Program-made: the position numbers and the translations under genes
The notes under the pieces: model-generated
What the model saw: the letters and a program-made list of their open reading frames with translations, nothing else
Told to the model about the DNA's origin: nothing
Database searches by the model: none
In this document: positions 8,037-18,006 of the stretch, in pieces
Layout of the letters: every line of letters begins with the position of its first letter
Position numbering within the stretch: the stretch's first letter is position 1
Virus record (IMG/VR): IMGVR_UViG_3300044580_000024
Location: 1 to 24,778 of that record
From: a virus
Taxonomy: Duplodnaviria > Caudoviricetes
Direction: 5' to 3' (one strand)
DNA length: 24,778 nucleotides

Positions 8037-9558
8037 CTCTCAGAAGAAGCTCTTAAGCTTCACAAACTTTAACAGAGGAATAAATACAACCTCATCCTTC
8101 GATGAGCTTGAGTCCACAGAGCTTGTAACGGCCGTGAACATTGACTTAAAAGCTCGTGGAGGATACACCCAGAGAAAAGGTTGTTCTATATACAAGACTA
8201 TCAAAGCCGATGAAGAGATACTTGAGTTTCCTGTGTCTCGGCTAATCGACTACCCAGGTAACCCTTTGCTTGTTATCAATAAGACCCTTAGGGACTTCGA
8301 TAGCACTCCTATTACACTGCTTTTGAACTCTAATGATGTAGACTATGAGTTCTTTACCAATGAAAAGCTCTATATGCTCGACGGCACAGAATATTGGGTC
8401 TATGACGGTATCACTTGTCAACCGGTGACCCCCGCTGATGGCTCCGATTTGGCCCCCATAAAAAGATGCACTCGACTGATTCAGAGAGGACAGAGAATGT
8501 TTGCTCTCGGAGACCCACAGAATCCTAACTATCTCTACTTCTCCGAAATTGGAGACCCTACGAACTTCAAGCCCTCGTCAATAGTTAAGGCTGTCACTGA
8601 CGACGCTGATGTGCTTAAAGGGCTAAGCCTGTTCTCTAACTCACTACTTGCCTTCAAGGAAGACGAGATATTCCGTTGGTCTGGCTGGGACCCTAGCTCA
8701 GATGTGCAGTTCAACCCTTTAGACACCGGCCACGGTACTGTGGCTCCCGATACTATCTGTGTCTCCGAAGACTTTCTTATCTTCGCCGATAGTGATGGTG
8801 TGTTTGCTCTTACTACTATTGAAACTCAGCTTATCAAGTCCTATAACATTACTAAGAATATCGAAGAAATCTGGAAGACTCTTACTAATAAGAGCAAAAT
8901 GAAGGCTATTGTTTATGAAGGCAACTACTATCTTGCTTGCTGTAATGACGGCTCCGGAGTTAATAACTTGGTTCTCAAAGCCTCCCTCGGTATGGCCTAT
9001 AACGGCTCAGTCAACGAAGGCGTAAGCTCGTTGCTGTTCCCGTGGGTTACATACACAGGCTGGAAGGTCTCTGATTGGATTATTATAGACAACGAACTAT
9101 ACTTCGGGTCCTCTGTGGACGGTACTATTTACAAAGCCTTTGATGGTCTTAATGATGTAGACCAAGCTATATATTCTGAAGCTACTCACTACCTTAAACT
9201 TGAAGATGCCGTTACTCGTAAAAAGGTTAAAAGACTCTTCTTAGTGGCTCTCCAGGATGAGGAACATAGAAGTACAGTTCGTCTCGATATAGAGGCTGGG
9301 TATGCTACATTTCATAAACTTGTGTCTCTCGATGAGTCTGGTGCATGGGATGTTGGTGATTGGGATGAGGTTGTCTGGGACTGGGTTGATACCGTTATTA
9401 AGGAAATACGAATAGGCAAGAAACTTACTCGTATTCGCCTTAAAATAAGCCACGAGGCAGTAAATGAGGTAATGACTATATATGGGTTTGCTGCATTTTA
9501 CAAGGTCAAAAAGCCGAGAGGTTCACGAAGTGGTATTGAAGACATTGATGAAATATAA
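8029..9558 (+). CDS. Tail nozzle / stabilisation protein (tubular protein B / P22 gp10-like)
   Basis: TTG start with AAGGAGG RBS. NFNRGIN start, NIDL...GGYTQRKG, RMFALG...LYFSEIGDPTNF and LLAFKEDEIF segments typical of propeller nozzles. Follows the adaptor. Confidence 0.75.
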   Translation: MNSSQKKLLSFTNFNRGINTTSSFDELESTELVTAVNIDLKARGGYTQRKGCSIYKTIKADEEILEFPVSRLIDYPGNPLLVINKTLRDFDSTPITLLLNSNDVDYEFFTNEKLYMLDGTEYWVYDGITCQPVTPADGSDLAPIKRCTRLIQRGQRMFALGDPQNPNYLYFSEIGDPTNFKPSSIVKAVTDDADVLKGLSLFSNSLLAFKEDEIFRWSGWDPSSDVQFNPLDTGHGTVAPDTICVSEDFLIFADSDGVFALTTIETQLIKSYNITKNIEEIWKTLTNKSKMKAIVYEGNYYLACCNDGSGVNNLVLKASLGMAYNGSVNEGVSSLLFPWVTYTGWKVSDWIIIDNELYFGSSVDGTIYKAFDGLNDVDQAIYSEATHYLKLEDAVTRKKVKRLFLVALQDEEHRSTVRLDIEAGYATFHKLVSLDESGAWDVGDWDEVVWDWVDTVIKEIRIGKKLTRIRLKISHEAVNEVMTIYGFAAFYKVKKPRGSRSGIEDIDEI

Positions 9559-9576
9559 GAAAGGAGTGAACTTACA

Positions 9577-11439
9577 ATGGCTGTAACTGCTGAGGACCAA
9601 AAATATCTAAACCAAGCCGGCATAGCTGCTGTACAGAAGGCTACGGACGATTGGAACAAGGCTAATGCCATAGGAGACACTGCTGGTATGGCTGCTGCTG
9701 CAGCGGCTGCAGCTAGTGTAAGAGGTAGTAGTACCTATCAGGCGTCAGGAGGTGCTGGCTACACTACTAATCCTGATGGTACCTACAAAGCCCCAATTAC
9801 TCCAACCTCTAGTGGGGGTGGCTCTAGTGGTGGTGGGGGTACTGCAAATGTGTCTGACCCATATGCTGGGAGAGATATTGCTGCTGAAATCATAGCCCTC
9901 CTCACCCGTGGGGGCGCTATTGACTATGGTCAGCTGAACTCCCTTGTACAGCAACGAGATGCCAAGATGGCTTCTAACCCCGATGCCTACGGGCAGTTCG
10001 AGAGCACACAGGCCATTTTAGACCGTTATTTGCCTCTTGCTCAGCAAAATGAATCTCTCACAAAACAGCTTCAGAGGATGCAGCAACAGCCGAGTGAGAT
10101 TGATACTATCATTGACTTACTTACTCAGCTGGGGCAGTCTTCAATACCTCGGATGAGTTTTGCAGAGGCTCAGCAAAGGGCTAGCTCAGAGCTTAATCCG
10201 ATGTATGAAGATGCAGCGATGAGGCTTATGCAAGCTCTTAATGCTGATATGGAGCAAAGAGGTATTTACAACTCACCTCTCGCCTCAGGTATTATGACCG
10301 AGAAGCAAGGTCAACTTTCCAATGAGCAAATCCAAGCTATTGCTCAAAGAGCTAACACTCTCATCCAAAATGACGCTGAAATGTCTCTTCAGGAGAAACA
10401 ACTTAGGTCCAGTACCCTTAGTAACTTGCTGTCCTCGCTTATCGGCCGTGAGGTCAATCTCGCCAATATTACTGGGATGTATCAAGGGCAGCCTACCTTT
10501 GCTAATCAGCAATTCCAGACTGAAACCGCTCTTCGTGAAGGTGAACTTACGGGAATTTACAATGGCACACAAACTCTGGCTGGAAGAGCTTTTGACCTTC
10601 AGGCTAGTACTCAGGCCCTTAATAATGCTCTCAACACTGTGGAGAGTCTGGGTCAAGTCACTACACAGGCTCAGGCTGATTTGCTCGGAGTGCCGATTGG
10701 TACACCGTCCTGGCAGGCTCGTAACGCTGCCGAGCAGAGACAGCAAGAACTCTATATGTTCAATCAGGAGATGGGCTTGAAGAGACAGGCTAACGCTCTT
10801 GCTGCTCAGGCAAATGCTGACAGTAAGCTCTTAGCTGACTTCAACAAAGACATGATTATCTGGGAGACTACAGGTAAGGCCCCTGATACTCAGGCCATGC
10901 GTTACTACGGTATTGCTCCGGGAACACCCTTCTCTGAGGAGGCTGCACAGTCTGTAAGTGAAAAGCTGCAAGAGACCCAGGATAGAATTGACTTGATTGG
11001 TGCTGAAGAAGAGCTTCAGTTCCAGAATCGGGCTACAAACTTCATGAAGGCCTACGGTGTAACCCGTGGTGTTGCCGAAGCCGCTTTACTTATCATTGAC
11101 CAAAACTCCACTTTCGCTGATGCCCGGGGTACGGTCAATGCTCAGAAATCGGCTCTTACCGCTGAAGGTATCAATACTACCAATCTTATCAATGTACTCG
11201 AGAAATACTATAACACTCAAGCTGTATATGGTGGAGTAAATGCTGTAACTGGAGCAGCCCCAAGCACAGGTAGTGGAGGAGCTATCCCTAGCAACTGGTC
11301 TGTGGTTGATAACTCACAAGGCGTAGGAGACTACCTGACTAATCAGTACAAAAATACAGCAGACAATACCCAGGTCTACAATGGCTTCTTGGGTGGAACT
11401 TATGTAAGAAGAAACGGAATATGGTATAAAGTGAGTTAA
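9577..11439 (+). CDS. Putative internal virion / DNA ejection protein (620 aa)
   Basis: Ala/Gln/Gly-rich, largely helical, cysteine-free, with internal (L/I)TGxYxGxxT repeats. Position after the nozzle matches podovirus ejection genes. Confidence 0.6.
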   Translation: MAVTAEDQKYLNQAGIAAVQKATDDWNKANAIGDTAGMAAAAAAAASVRGSSTYQASGGAGYTTNPDGTYKAPITPTSSGGGSSGGGGTANVSDPYAGRDIAAEIIALLTRGGAIDYGQLNSLVQQRDAKMASNPDAYGQFESTQAILDRYLPLAQQNESLTKQLQRMQQQPSEIDTIIDLLTQLGQSSIPRMSFAEAQQRASSELNPMYEDAAMRLMQALNADMEQRGIYNSPLASGIMTEKQGQLSNEQIQAIAQRANTLIQNDAEMSLQEKQLRSSTLSNLLSSLIGREVNLANITGMYQGQPTFANQQFQTETALREGELTGIYNGTQTLAGRAFDLQASTQALNNALNTVESLGQVTTQAQADLLGVPIGTPSWQARNAAEQRQQELYMFNQEMGLKRQANALAAQANADSKLLADFNKDMIIWETTGKAPDTQAMRYYGIAPGTPFSEEAAQSVSEKLQETQDRIDLIGAEEELQFQNRATNFMKAYGVTRGVAEAALLIIDQNSTFADARGTVNAQKSALTAEGINTTNLINVLEKYYNTQAVYGGVNAVTGAAPSTGSGGAIPSNWSVVDNSQGVGDYLTNQYKNTADNTQVYNGFLGGTYVRRNGIWYKVS

Positions 11440-11451
11440 GGAGGTGTCCTA

Positions 11452-14400
11452 ATGGCCCTTTCATCTTCCCTTCGTAGAGCTCTTGGCGACAATTCAATGT
11501 ATGTAAGAGGTATGAGTGGGGCCAAAAGCTCCGTACAGACTCAAATCGAGAACGCCTCAACTAGACTTAACGCCGCTGGAGTCTCTACTGAAGGTCAGCA
11601 AAGTCAGAATTTCTTGATTAAAGCCCTTGATATTATTGCACGGCCTGGCTATGGGGCAACAGGCCTTATCCGTGAGTTCACTGACCCAAGTTCAGGGGGT
11701 ACTCCAGGTGAATTTGACCCCCTTGGTGCCTTCTGGAGAGGCCTCAAAGGAGAGGAGAAGTCCACGGGTAAAGATGTCTTCATGGACATTGGCCTGTCTG
11801 GTGATGAAGGAATCTTCGGGGGAGAGGCCAAGTGGTACAATCCCTCTCCTGCTGGGGCCTTGGGCCTTGCGCTTGACATTTTCAACCCGCTTGACCCGAT
11901 TAACTGGATTGGCTTTGGGGTTGGAGACGACATTGTAAAAGGTGCGTCCAAAGGGCTCAACGCCCTTACAGAGGCCTTTGGGGCGACCAAAGCTGCTCAA
12001 ATTGCTGACATATTAACTGCTTCAGCTAAAGTTGCAGACACTATTGGGGACACAGCTAAGGCTACCAAGGCCGTTGATACCGCTGCCGATGCTGCTCGAG
12101 CCGCTAAAGCTGCAACCTCAATTCTTGACGACCTTGGTGCTGAGACTGTAGGTAAGTTGGCAGCTCAAATTACAAGTAAAGTCGACGATGTAGACTCCCT
12201 TAGAAGAATCAATGAACTTATCCAAGAGGGCCTTAAAGAGACTGGTAAGGTAGCTACCTCAAAACTCGACTATGCTGTCTCAAAGCCTCTGTCAATAGGC
12301 TTGCAAAACCCCCTTAGTGTAACACCCATCGGACGTGTCAAGACCCCCGGGTATACTGCTCGTGGGGGTAAGGGGGCAATCCCTATCTTTGCTCCCGGTA
12401 AGGATATTGCAGGCACCTTTATAGACATTCCCGGCTCTGAGAATGTAACCCGTATAGTTGGCTCGATTGCTACTAAGATTAAGAATACTGAGGTTGGTCA
12501 AGCCCTTGGTAAAATGTTCAGTACAGTCTTTGTGCCTAATACGGTACCAGCCTCTGTGGTAACAAGAAGCATGACCGCTGAGAATATGGACGATTTAGTG
12601 AAATTGTCTAGAACTTCTCCGGCCAACGTTCCACTGTCTGTGGAGGAGTTATTAACTCTTCAAGACGACTTGGCCGGTATCAAACTTGGTAAAACCTTTG
12701 ACTATGCAGACGATTTTTCTGCAACTGAACTGAAACTACTTAACAAAGGTGAGTATTTTAGTGTTGAGGATTTGGCCAAGAAAGTTGGCCTTAAAGAATT
12801 TACCACAGACGATGTGCTGACCACTCTCGCCCAGACTCCCTTTAACAAGACTATCACTGAGCTGTATGACGACCTAAGGCTACTGAAGCCTACTGCTGAC
12901 GCCAAAGAGCTTTTCACAAATGCTGCCAAGATACGCAAAATGATGGACCTCATGTACGAGCAAATCCCCGAAGGGGCTAAGCCGTTCTTTACTGGGGTAC
13001 TAAAGTCTCAGGTATCTGACCTATATCCTTCGGACATTACTACAGCCCGACTGGGCAAAAATGTTGCTTCTTCACCGCTTATGGCCTACGAGTTCAACTA
13101 TAAAGGAGTTCCTGTGTCTGTAGTTGTTAACTCAGGGGAGAACTTCAATGTCAATGCTTGGGCTAAGCTCAGCTCTACCTTTGAGGCCCTTGACGAACTG
13201 CCCGAGACTGCTATACAGGCTCTTAAAGGGCAGATTGATGTGTCTCCCATACCGATAAAGTCACCTGATACTTCTATGACCATAGGCGACACAATAGTGC
13301 TCGGCAGGATTGATAAACCCACTGTGGCGCATGAATTTGGCCATATTTGGGATGCGGTTGCTGGAGACCAAAACGCTTATACGCAGGCCATTTTATCTGA
13401 TGCTCGTCGTTTTGACAATACAATTACACCTGATGATTTATATAGTGATTACTCAAGGTCAATATATGCCTCTAATAAAACGATGGGATTGAAAGAAGAC
13501 TTCGCTGACAGCGTTTCTGATTACCTTCGTGACAGAAGCTCTTTCCGTAGTCAATATCCTGGCCGAGCTGCTGAGATTGAAAGAGTTCTTGACCAAGTCT
13601 CCATACCACAGGAAGAGCTGGCAAAGATGGTTGCCGAGCAGAGAAAGCTCGCTGAGCAGGTCTCGAACATCCCTAGGGCCGAAGCTCAAATTAAGGCCAT
13701 GCTTGACTCTGTGGATAAATATGCTTACAAGTTTACTTCAGAGGCTGGTGGTAAAACTTACCAGACCTTTAGGAAAAACTTGGCTGCGCTATATGAACAA
13801 ACTAATTGGAAGACCAAGCAGTGGCAAGAACAAGTTGAAGCTCTTTTCCAAGGTATTGATAAAGAAGCTCGTAAGCAAATCATGGATGCTGCTGCCCAGA
13901 TAACCGGTACTGAGATACCCGGTCGTGCTAAGAGCATGGCTCAACCCTTGTTCTCTCAGCAAGACTACCCTGTATTCGCTTCAAAGCTTCAAGAAGTAGT
14001 CGATGATATGCCCAACAAAATGTCTGTAGACCAGTTCAAGAACTACCTTAAGAATAAAGGTGTTAAAGCTGAAGAGCTTAAGTGGACGTTTATGGATGAC
14101 TTCTTCGAGGGCAAAACGTCTATTACTAAGGCTGAAGCCCAAGACTGGGTAAGAGGCAATCAGCTCGAAGTTCGAGAAGTCTGGAGAACAGGAGTAGATA
14201 GCTCAACCATAGGAGACATTGTTGATGACTGGGACGATGCCGGCCTGGATATGGATGAACTGGGGACTATCTGGGATACTCTCTATGGCCAAGGTCTTCG
14301 TGGAGAGGAGCTCCGTCAAGCCTTCGCAGCAAGACTAGAGGAGCTGTCAGGCGGTAATGCCTATATCCCTCCCGGCGACGTTATGGAAGCTGCCATAACC

Positions 14401-17400
14401 GGGGGTTCCTTCTCTTCCTCGGGGGTTAAGTATAGTCAGTACACCCAACCGGGTGGTCAAGACTACATGGAGCTTGAGTTTATATTACCCCAAGACTATG
14501 CTCAGCCAAAGGGTGTTGGAAACTTTTATGAAATCTCTAATCCTTACACGGGAGAAGTACAAACAGGCACACTAGAAGAGCTACAGAGCTCAATAGCTGG
14601 CTATGTATCAGATAATCCCACAGATATATGGAGTCAACCTAGACGAATAAAGGCCCCATCAGCCCTTGAACAAGAGTATGATAACTTAGCTTCTCGTATA
14701 GATGATATTCGAGAAGAGTTTGGTAGTAATAGCCAAGAATATATCGCTATGAATCGACGTCTCGAAGAGCTAGGGAGACAAGGTATAAAAGGAGTATCGA
14801 CTGAGCCAGCTACCTACAAATCAAGCCATTGGGATGAACAAAATGTAGTTGCTCACACCCGCTTTGATACCCGATATGACGACCAAGGCAGAAAAATTCT
14901 TTATATTGACGAGATACAGTCTGACTGGCACCAAACAGGAAGAGATAAAGGATATCTTGATAGTAATACTGGAGAGATATTATCAGGACCAGGCCTTGGC
15001 GGAGAGGTTCCTGATGCTCCCTTTAAGACTAATTGGGATGAGTATGTCCAAAAGAGACTTCTTCGCTATGCTGCTGATAACGGTTACGATGGTATAGCCT
15101 GGTCCACAGGTAGGCAACAAGCTGAACGCTGGCAACAGGCTATTACAGATGCCATCGACACTCTGCAGTACAATCAGACTAGTCATAGTCTTAGAGCTTT
15201 CAAAAAGGGTGAAGAGGTATTTAGCCAAACTGTTGAGCCTCAAAAGCTTGCCGAGATGGTGGGAGCAGATAATGCCCGTAGACTGCTCTCCACAGAGCCT
15301 GATACCTTCACGGTACAACCTGTACCTTCAAGTCCCTCTTCAGAGCCTATAATAAACCAGATGATAGAACGAATGCCCCCGGATATGGGCCCCATAGAGA
15401 TGATGAGGTGGATGGACCAACAGCCGGAGTATACGAGTCTAAAGCCTTATGGTGATCTAACTGAGATAGAGGATATGCCTATCTCATACCAGGTAGTTGA
15501 CCAAAACGGTAACTCTTGGGCTTACTTATACTCGTCTCCGGAAGCTGCGCAAAAGGCCATAGACGACCTTGCAACTGTTGAGCAAAGAGTCAAAACTGTG
15601 TCTGGTACTAACGTCACCATAGGTGGCGAAGGTATGCGTAAGTTCTATGACCAACAAATGCCTTCGAACTTTAGAAAACTTGGTAAACAGTTTGGTCTTA
15701 AAGTCGATGAAATACCCCTGAACTTCGGTGATAGCTCCAGGGCCCGGTCAGTGATTGATGATGGTCTTGCCTTTGCTGACCTGGAAGATGTTTTTTACGG
15801 GAACTACACTAAGGAAATTACGGACCATGATGTGGCAAGAAGTATGTTGGAGTGGATAAACAATGATGAGGACCCCCTAGTCAACCTCACTAAGTCCGAT
15901 ATAGACTACATGGCTAAGAGGTATGTGGGTGCTGCACAAAATGTGGCTAAGGAGGAGGGCCTCAAAGCTACCCTCAATATAGAGAATATTAAGGCTGAGG
16001 TTTTCTCCCAGGTAAATCTTATAGATGATAGTTCCATAAAGTCCGTACAGCAAGGTATGTGGCTTACCCCGGAATCAAGAACCAAAATCACACAGCAGTC
16101 ATTTCCACTCTTTGCAGACAACACTAAGGCACCTGTGGATGAGCTCACGGCGGGGTGGTCGGAGCGTGAAATAGCCGCCCTTGACAACTTCCTTAAGTGG
16201 AGAAACTCGGTAGTCAAGCAATACAAGCAAATTGGTATTCCTATCAACGAGCTTGAAAAATACGTTCCGTTTATACCTCAAAGACCTCTCAAAAAAGATG
16301 AGGCTGACTTACTTAAAGCCGCTTTTGGGACAGGTGTTAGAGACGCAACGGCTGATAACTTTGATACTTTGCTCACAGAGCTCTCCAAAGCTGACCCCAA
16401 CCTCAAGGCTCGTACTACAAAGGCTACAAGACCATCTCAAGTCAATGAGATGCTCAAGAAACCTTGGCTGACTGAAGACGCTGCTGTAGCCATGAACATC
16501 CGTGGTCAAAGGGCTATCAAAGCACAAGAGCTTAATAGTTTTGTTGATGAGTTCATCCAAACATATGGCCTAAGAGCTGACGACCTTGCTCAAATGGCCG
16601 GAAATACTGTACCTGATGGCTATACAGCCTATAAACTTGGGATTGACCAAGCCGGAAATAAAACCTTACAGCAAGCTACAAATGTGCCAAGGACAGCTAT
16701 TGAGGGTACGGATATAGTCTTCTTACCTCAAGAGATGGCCAATCTCTATAATGAGTACCACGGCCTTATGTTCAATCAGTCCAAGAAAAACGGCTTGCTA
16801 AAAGTATACGACGAGCTCTCAACTCTTTACAAGAAAGCAGCCTACCTGTGGAACCCTGGGCATATCATGCGTGACTTCCAAGGTAACGTCTTCAATAACT
16901 ATCTGATGGGTGTAGTTGACCCCACAGAATATGCTGACGGTCTTAAGGCATTACGCAAGGCTGACGGTGTGCTGTCAACGCCCAGGGGTGACCTAAAGTA
17001 TACAGATATATACGAACAGGCTCAGAAAATGGGCATTGTAGACTCTGTTATGAAGCACGAGTTACCCCTCAATGTTGGAAAACAGGAGAGAGGCTACTCT
17101 AGAATAATGCGTCAAGCTACACAGGCTACTGATGGTTGGACTCGTATGACAGGCTTTGTTCACAATCTTAAGGCCGGTCAAGATTATGCTCAAGCTGCTG
17201 CAACAACTAAAAAGTTTCTTTTCGACTACTTTGACTTAACGGCTTTCGAAAAGAAAGTTATGAAAAGAATTATTCCTTTCTATACTTGGATGAGAAAGAA
17301 CATACCGCTTCAGTTCAAAACGCTTATTAGTGACCCTCGAATCTTTGCAAGGCTTAATGATGTGCAAAACGCTATCGCTGGTGGACCTATTGACTGGGGT

Positions 17401-18006
17401 GAAAAGCCTGACTACATTCAAGACATGATGGCTATTCAGCCAATGGGCTCTGACAAATACTTCAGCAATACCCTACCGTGGCAAGATTTGACTCGTATAC
17501 CGACTGGTCTTGGCTCCGACTCCTTGAGTGACCTATTGTCCTCTGTGAACCCCTTAATAAGGGCTCCGATAGAGTCTATCACAAACACTGACTGGTGGAC
17601 AGGACAACCCCTTGAAGACTATGCTGGAGAACAAACTGATATACCTGTTCTTACTACACTGCTTAGACTACTTGGCTCCGACACAGACTATACCGTGGGG
17701 GCTAGGTATGGTGGCAATCTACTTAATCAAATACCTGTACTAACTCGAGCTGGGGGCTTGCTAGACGCTGCCACAGGCCAAGAAACAAGTGACTCTCGAA
17801 TACTGTCAAGGGTCTCAACTACCCTAGGTGGGCCTTCTGTCTATGACGCTTCTTCCGTACAGAACTCTGCTGACTGGCAAGAACGACAGAGACTTGTTGA
17901 CCTTATTAGGCGACTCCAAGATGAAGGAGTCGAGGTTCCCACGATTAACGATCTCAAGAGAACAAGTCGTTACCAAAGACTCAAAAAGATTTTAGGAGGA
18001 AGATGA
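11452..18006 (+). CDS. Giant multi-domain internal virion / 'polyvalent' protein (2184 aa) with zincin metallopeptidase domain and LPD38-like C-terminus
   Basis: HEFGH (13330-13344) plus downstream EDFAD (13495-13509) is a gluzincin-type motif. Central IDEIQSDWHQ domain. C-terminal NPGHIMRDFQGN, FLFDY, KRIIPFYTWMRKNIP and NPLIRAPIE...NTDWWTGQP segments are typical of large phage ejection/polyvalent proteins. Confidence 0.75.
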   Translation: MALSSSLRRALGDNSMYVRGMSGAKSSVQTQIENASTRLNAAGVSTEGQQSQNFLIKALDIIARPGYGATGLIREFTDPSSGGTPGEFDPLGAFWRGLKGEEKSTGKDVFMDIGLSGDEGIFGGEAKWYNPSPAGALGLALDIFNPLDPINWIGFGVGDDIVKGASKGLNALTEAFGATKAAQIADILTASAKVADTIGDTAKATKAVDTAADAARAAKAATSILDDLGAETVGKLAAQITSKVDDVDSLRRINELIQEGLKETGKVATSKLDYAVSKPLSIGLQNPLSVTPIGRVKTPGYTARGGKGAIPIFAPGKDIAGTFIDIPGSENVTRIVGSIATKIKNTEVGQALGKMFSTVFVPNTVPASVVTRSMTAENMDDLVKLSRTSPANVPLSVEELLTLQDDLAGIKLGKTFDYADDFSATELKLLNKGEYFSVEDLAKKVGLKEFTTDDVLTTLAQTPFNKTITELYDDLRLLKPTADAKELFTNAAKIRKMMDLMYEQIPEGAKPFFTGVLKSQVSDLYPSDITTARLGKNVASSPLMAYEFNYKGVPVSVVVNSGENFNVNAWAKLSSTFEALDELPETAIQALKGQIDVSPIPIKSPDTSMTIGDTIVLGRIDKPTVAHEFGHIWDAVAGDQNAYTQAILSDARRFDNTITPDDLYSDYSRSIYASNKTMGLKEDFADSVSDYLRDRSSFRSQYPGRAAEIERVLDQVSIPQEELAKMVAEQRKLAEQVSNIPRAEAQIKAMLDSVDKYAYKFTSEAGGKTYQTFRKNLAALYEQTNWKTKQWQEQVEALFQGIDKEARKQIMDAAAQITGTEIPGRAKSMAQPLFSQQDYPVFASKLQEVVDDMPNKMSVDQFKNYLKNKGVKAEELKWTFMDDFFEGKTSITKAEAQDWVRGNQLEVREVWRTGVDSSTIGDIVDDWDDAGLDMDELGTIWDTLYGQGLRGEELRQAFAARLEELSGGNAYIPPGDVMEAAITGGSFSSSGVKYSQYTQPGGQDYMELEFILPQDYAQPKGVGNFYEISNPYTGEVQTGTLEELQSSIAGYVSDNPTDIWSQPRRIKAPSALEQEYDNLASRIDDIREEFGSNSQEYIAMNRRLEELGRQGIKGVSTEPATYKSSHWDEQNVVAHTRFDTRYDDQGRKILYIDEIQSDWHQTGRDKGYLDSNTGEILSGPGLGGEVPDAPFKTNWDEYVQKRLLRYAADNGYDGIAWSTGRQQAERWQQAITDAIDTLQYNQTSHSLRAFKKGEEVFSQTVEPQKLAEMVGADNARRLLSTEPDTFTVQPVPSSPSSEPIINQMIERMPPDMGPIEMMRWMDQQPEYTSLKPYGDLTEIEDMPISYQVVDQNGNSWAYLYSSPEAAQKAIDDLATVEQRVKTVSGTNVTIGGEGMRKFYDQQMPSNFRKLGKQFGLKVDEIPLNFGDSSRARSVIDDGLAFADLEDVFYGNYTKEITDHDVARSMLEWINNDEDPLVNLTKSDIDYMAKRYVGAAQNVAKEEGLKATLNIENIKAEVFSQVNLIDDSSIKSVQQGMWLTPESRTKITQQSFPLFADNTKAPVDELTAGWSEREIAALDNFLKWRNSVVKQYKQIGIPINELEKYVPFIPQRPLKKDEADLLKAAFGTGVRDATADNFDTLLTELSKADPNLKARTTKATRPSQVNEMLKKPWLTEDAAVAMNIRGQRAIKAQELNSFVDEFIQTYGLRADDLAQMAGNTVPDGYTAYKLGIDQAGNKTLQQATNVPRTAIEGTDIVFLPQEMANLYNEYHGLMFNQSKKNGLLKVYDELSTLYKKAAYLWNPGHIMRDFQGNVFNNYLMGVVDPTEYADGLKALRKADGVLSTPRGDLKYTDIYEQAQKMGIVDSVMKHELPLNVGKQERGYSRIMRQATQATDGWTRMTGFVHNLKAGQDYAQAAATTKKFLFDYFDLTAFEKKVMKRIIPFYTWMRKNIPLQFKTLISDPRIFARLNDVQNAIAGGPIDWGEKPDYIQDMMAIQPMGSDKYFSNTLPWQDLTRIPTGLGSDSLSDLLSSVNPLIRAPIESITNTDWWTGQPLEDYAGEQTDIPVLTTLLRLLGSDTDYTVGARYGGNLLNQIPVLTRAGGLLDAATGQETSDSRILSRVSTTLGGPSVYDASSVQNSADWQERQRLVDLIRRLQDEGVEVPTINDLKRTSRYQRLKKILGGR

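Noticed and set aside
8419-8439. QPVTPAD in the nozzle as a third copy of the VLDPVTPxD motif
   Set aside because: Only PVTPxD matches, inside a likely folded propeller. Too short to distinguish from chance.
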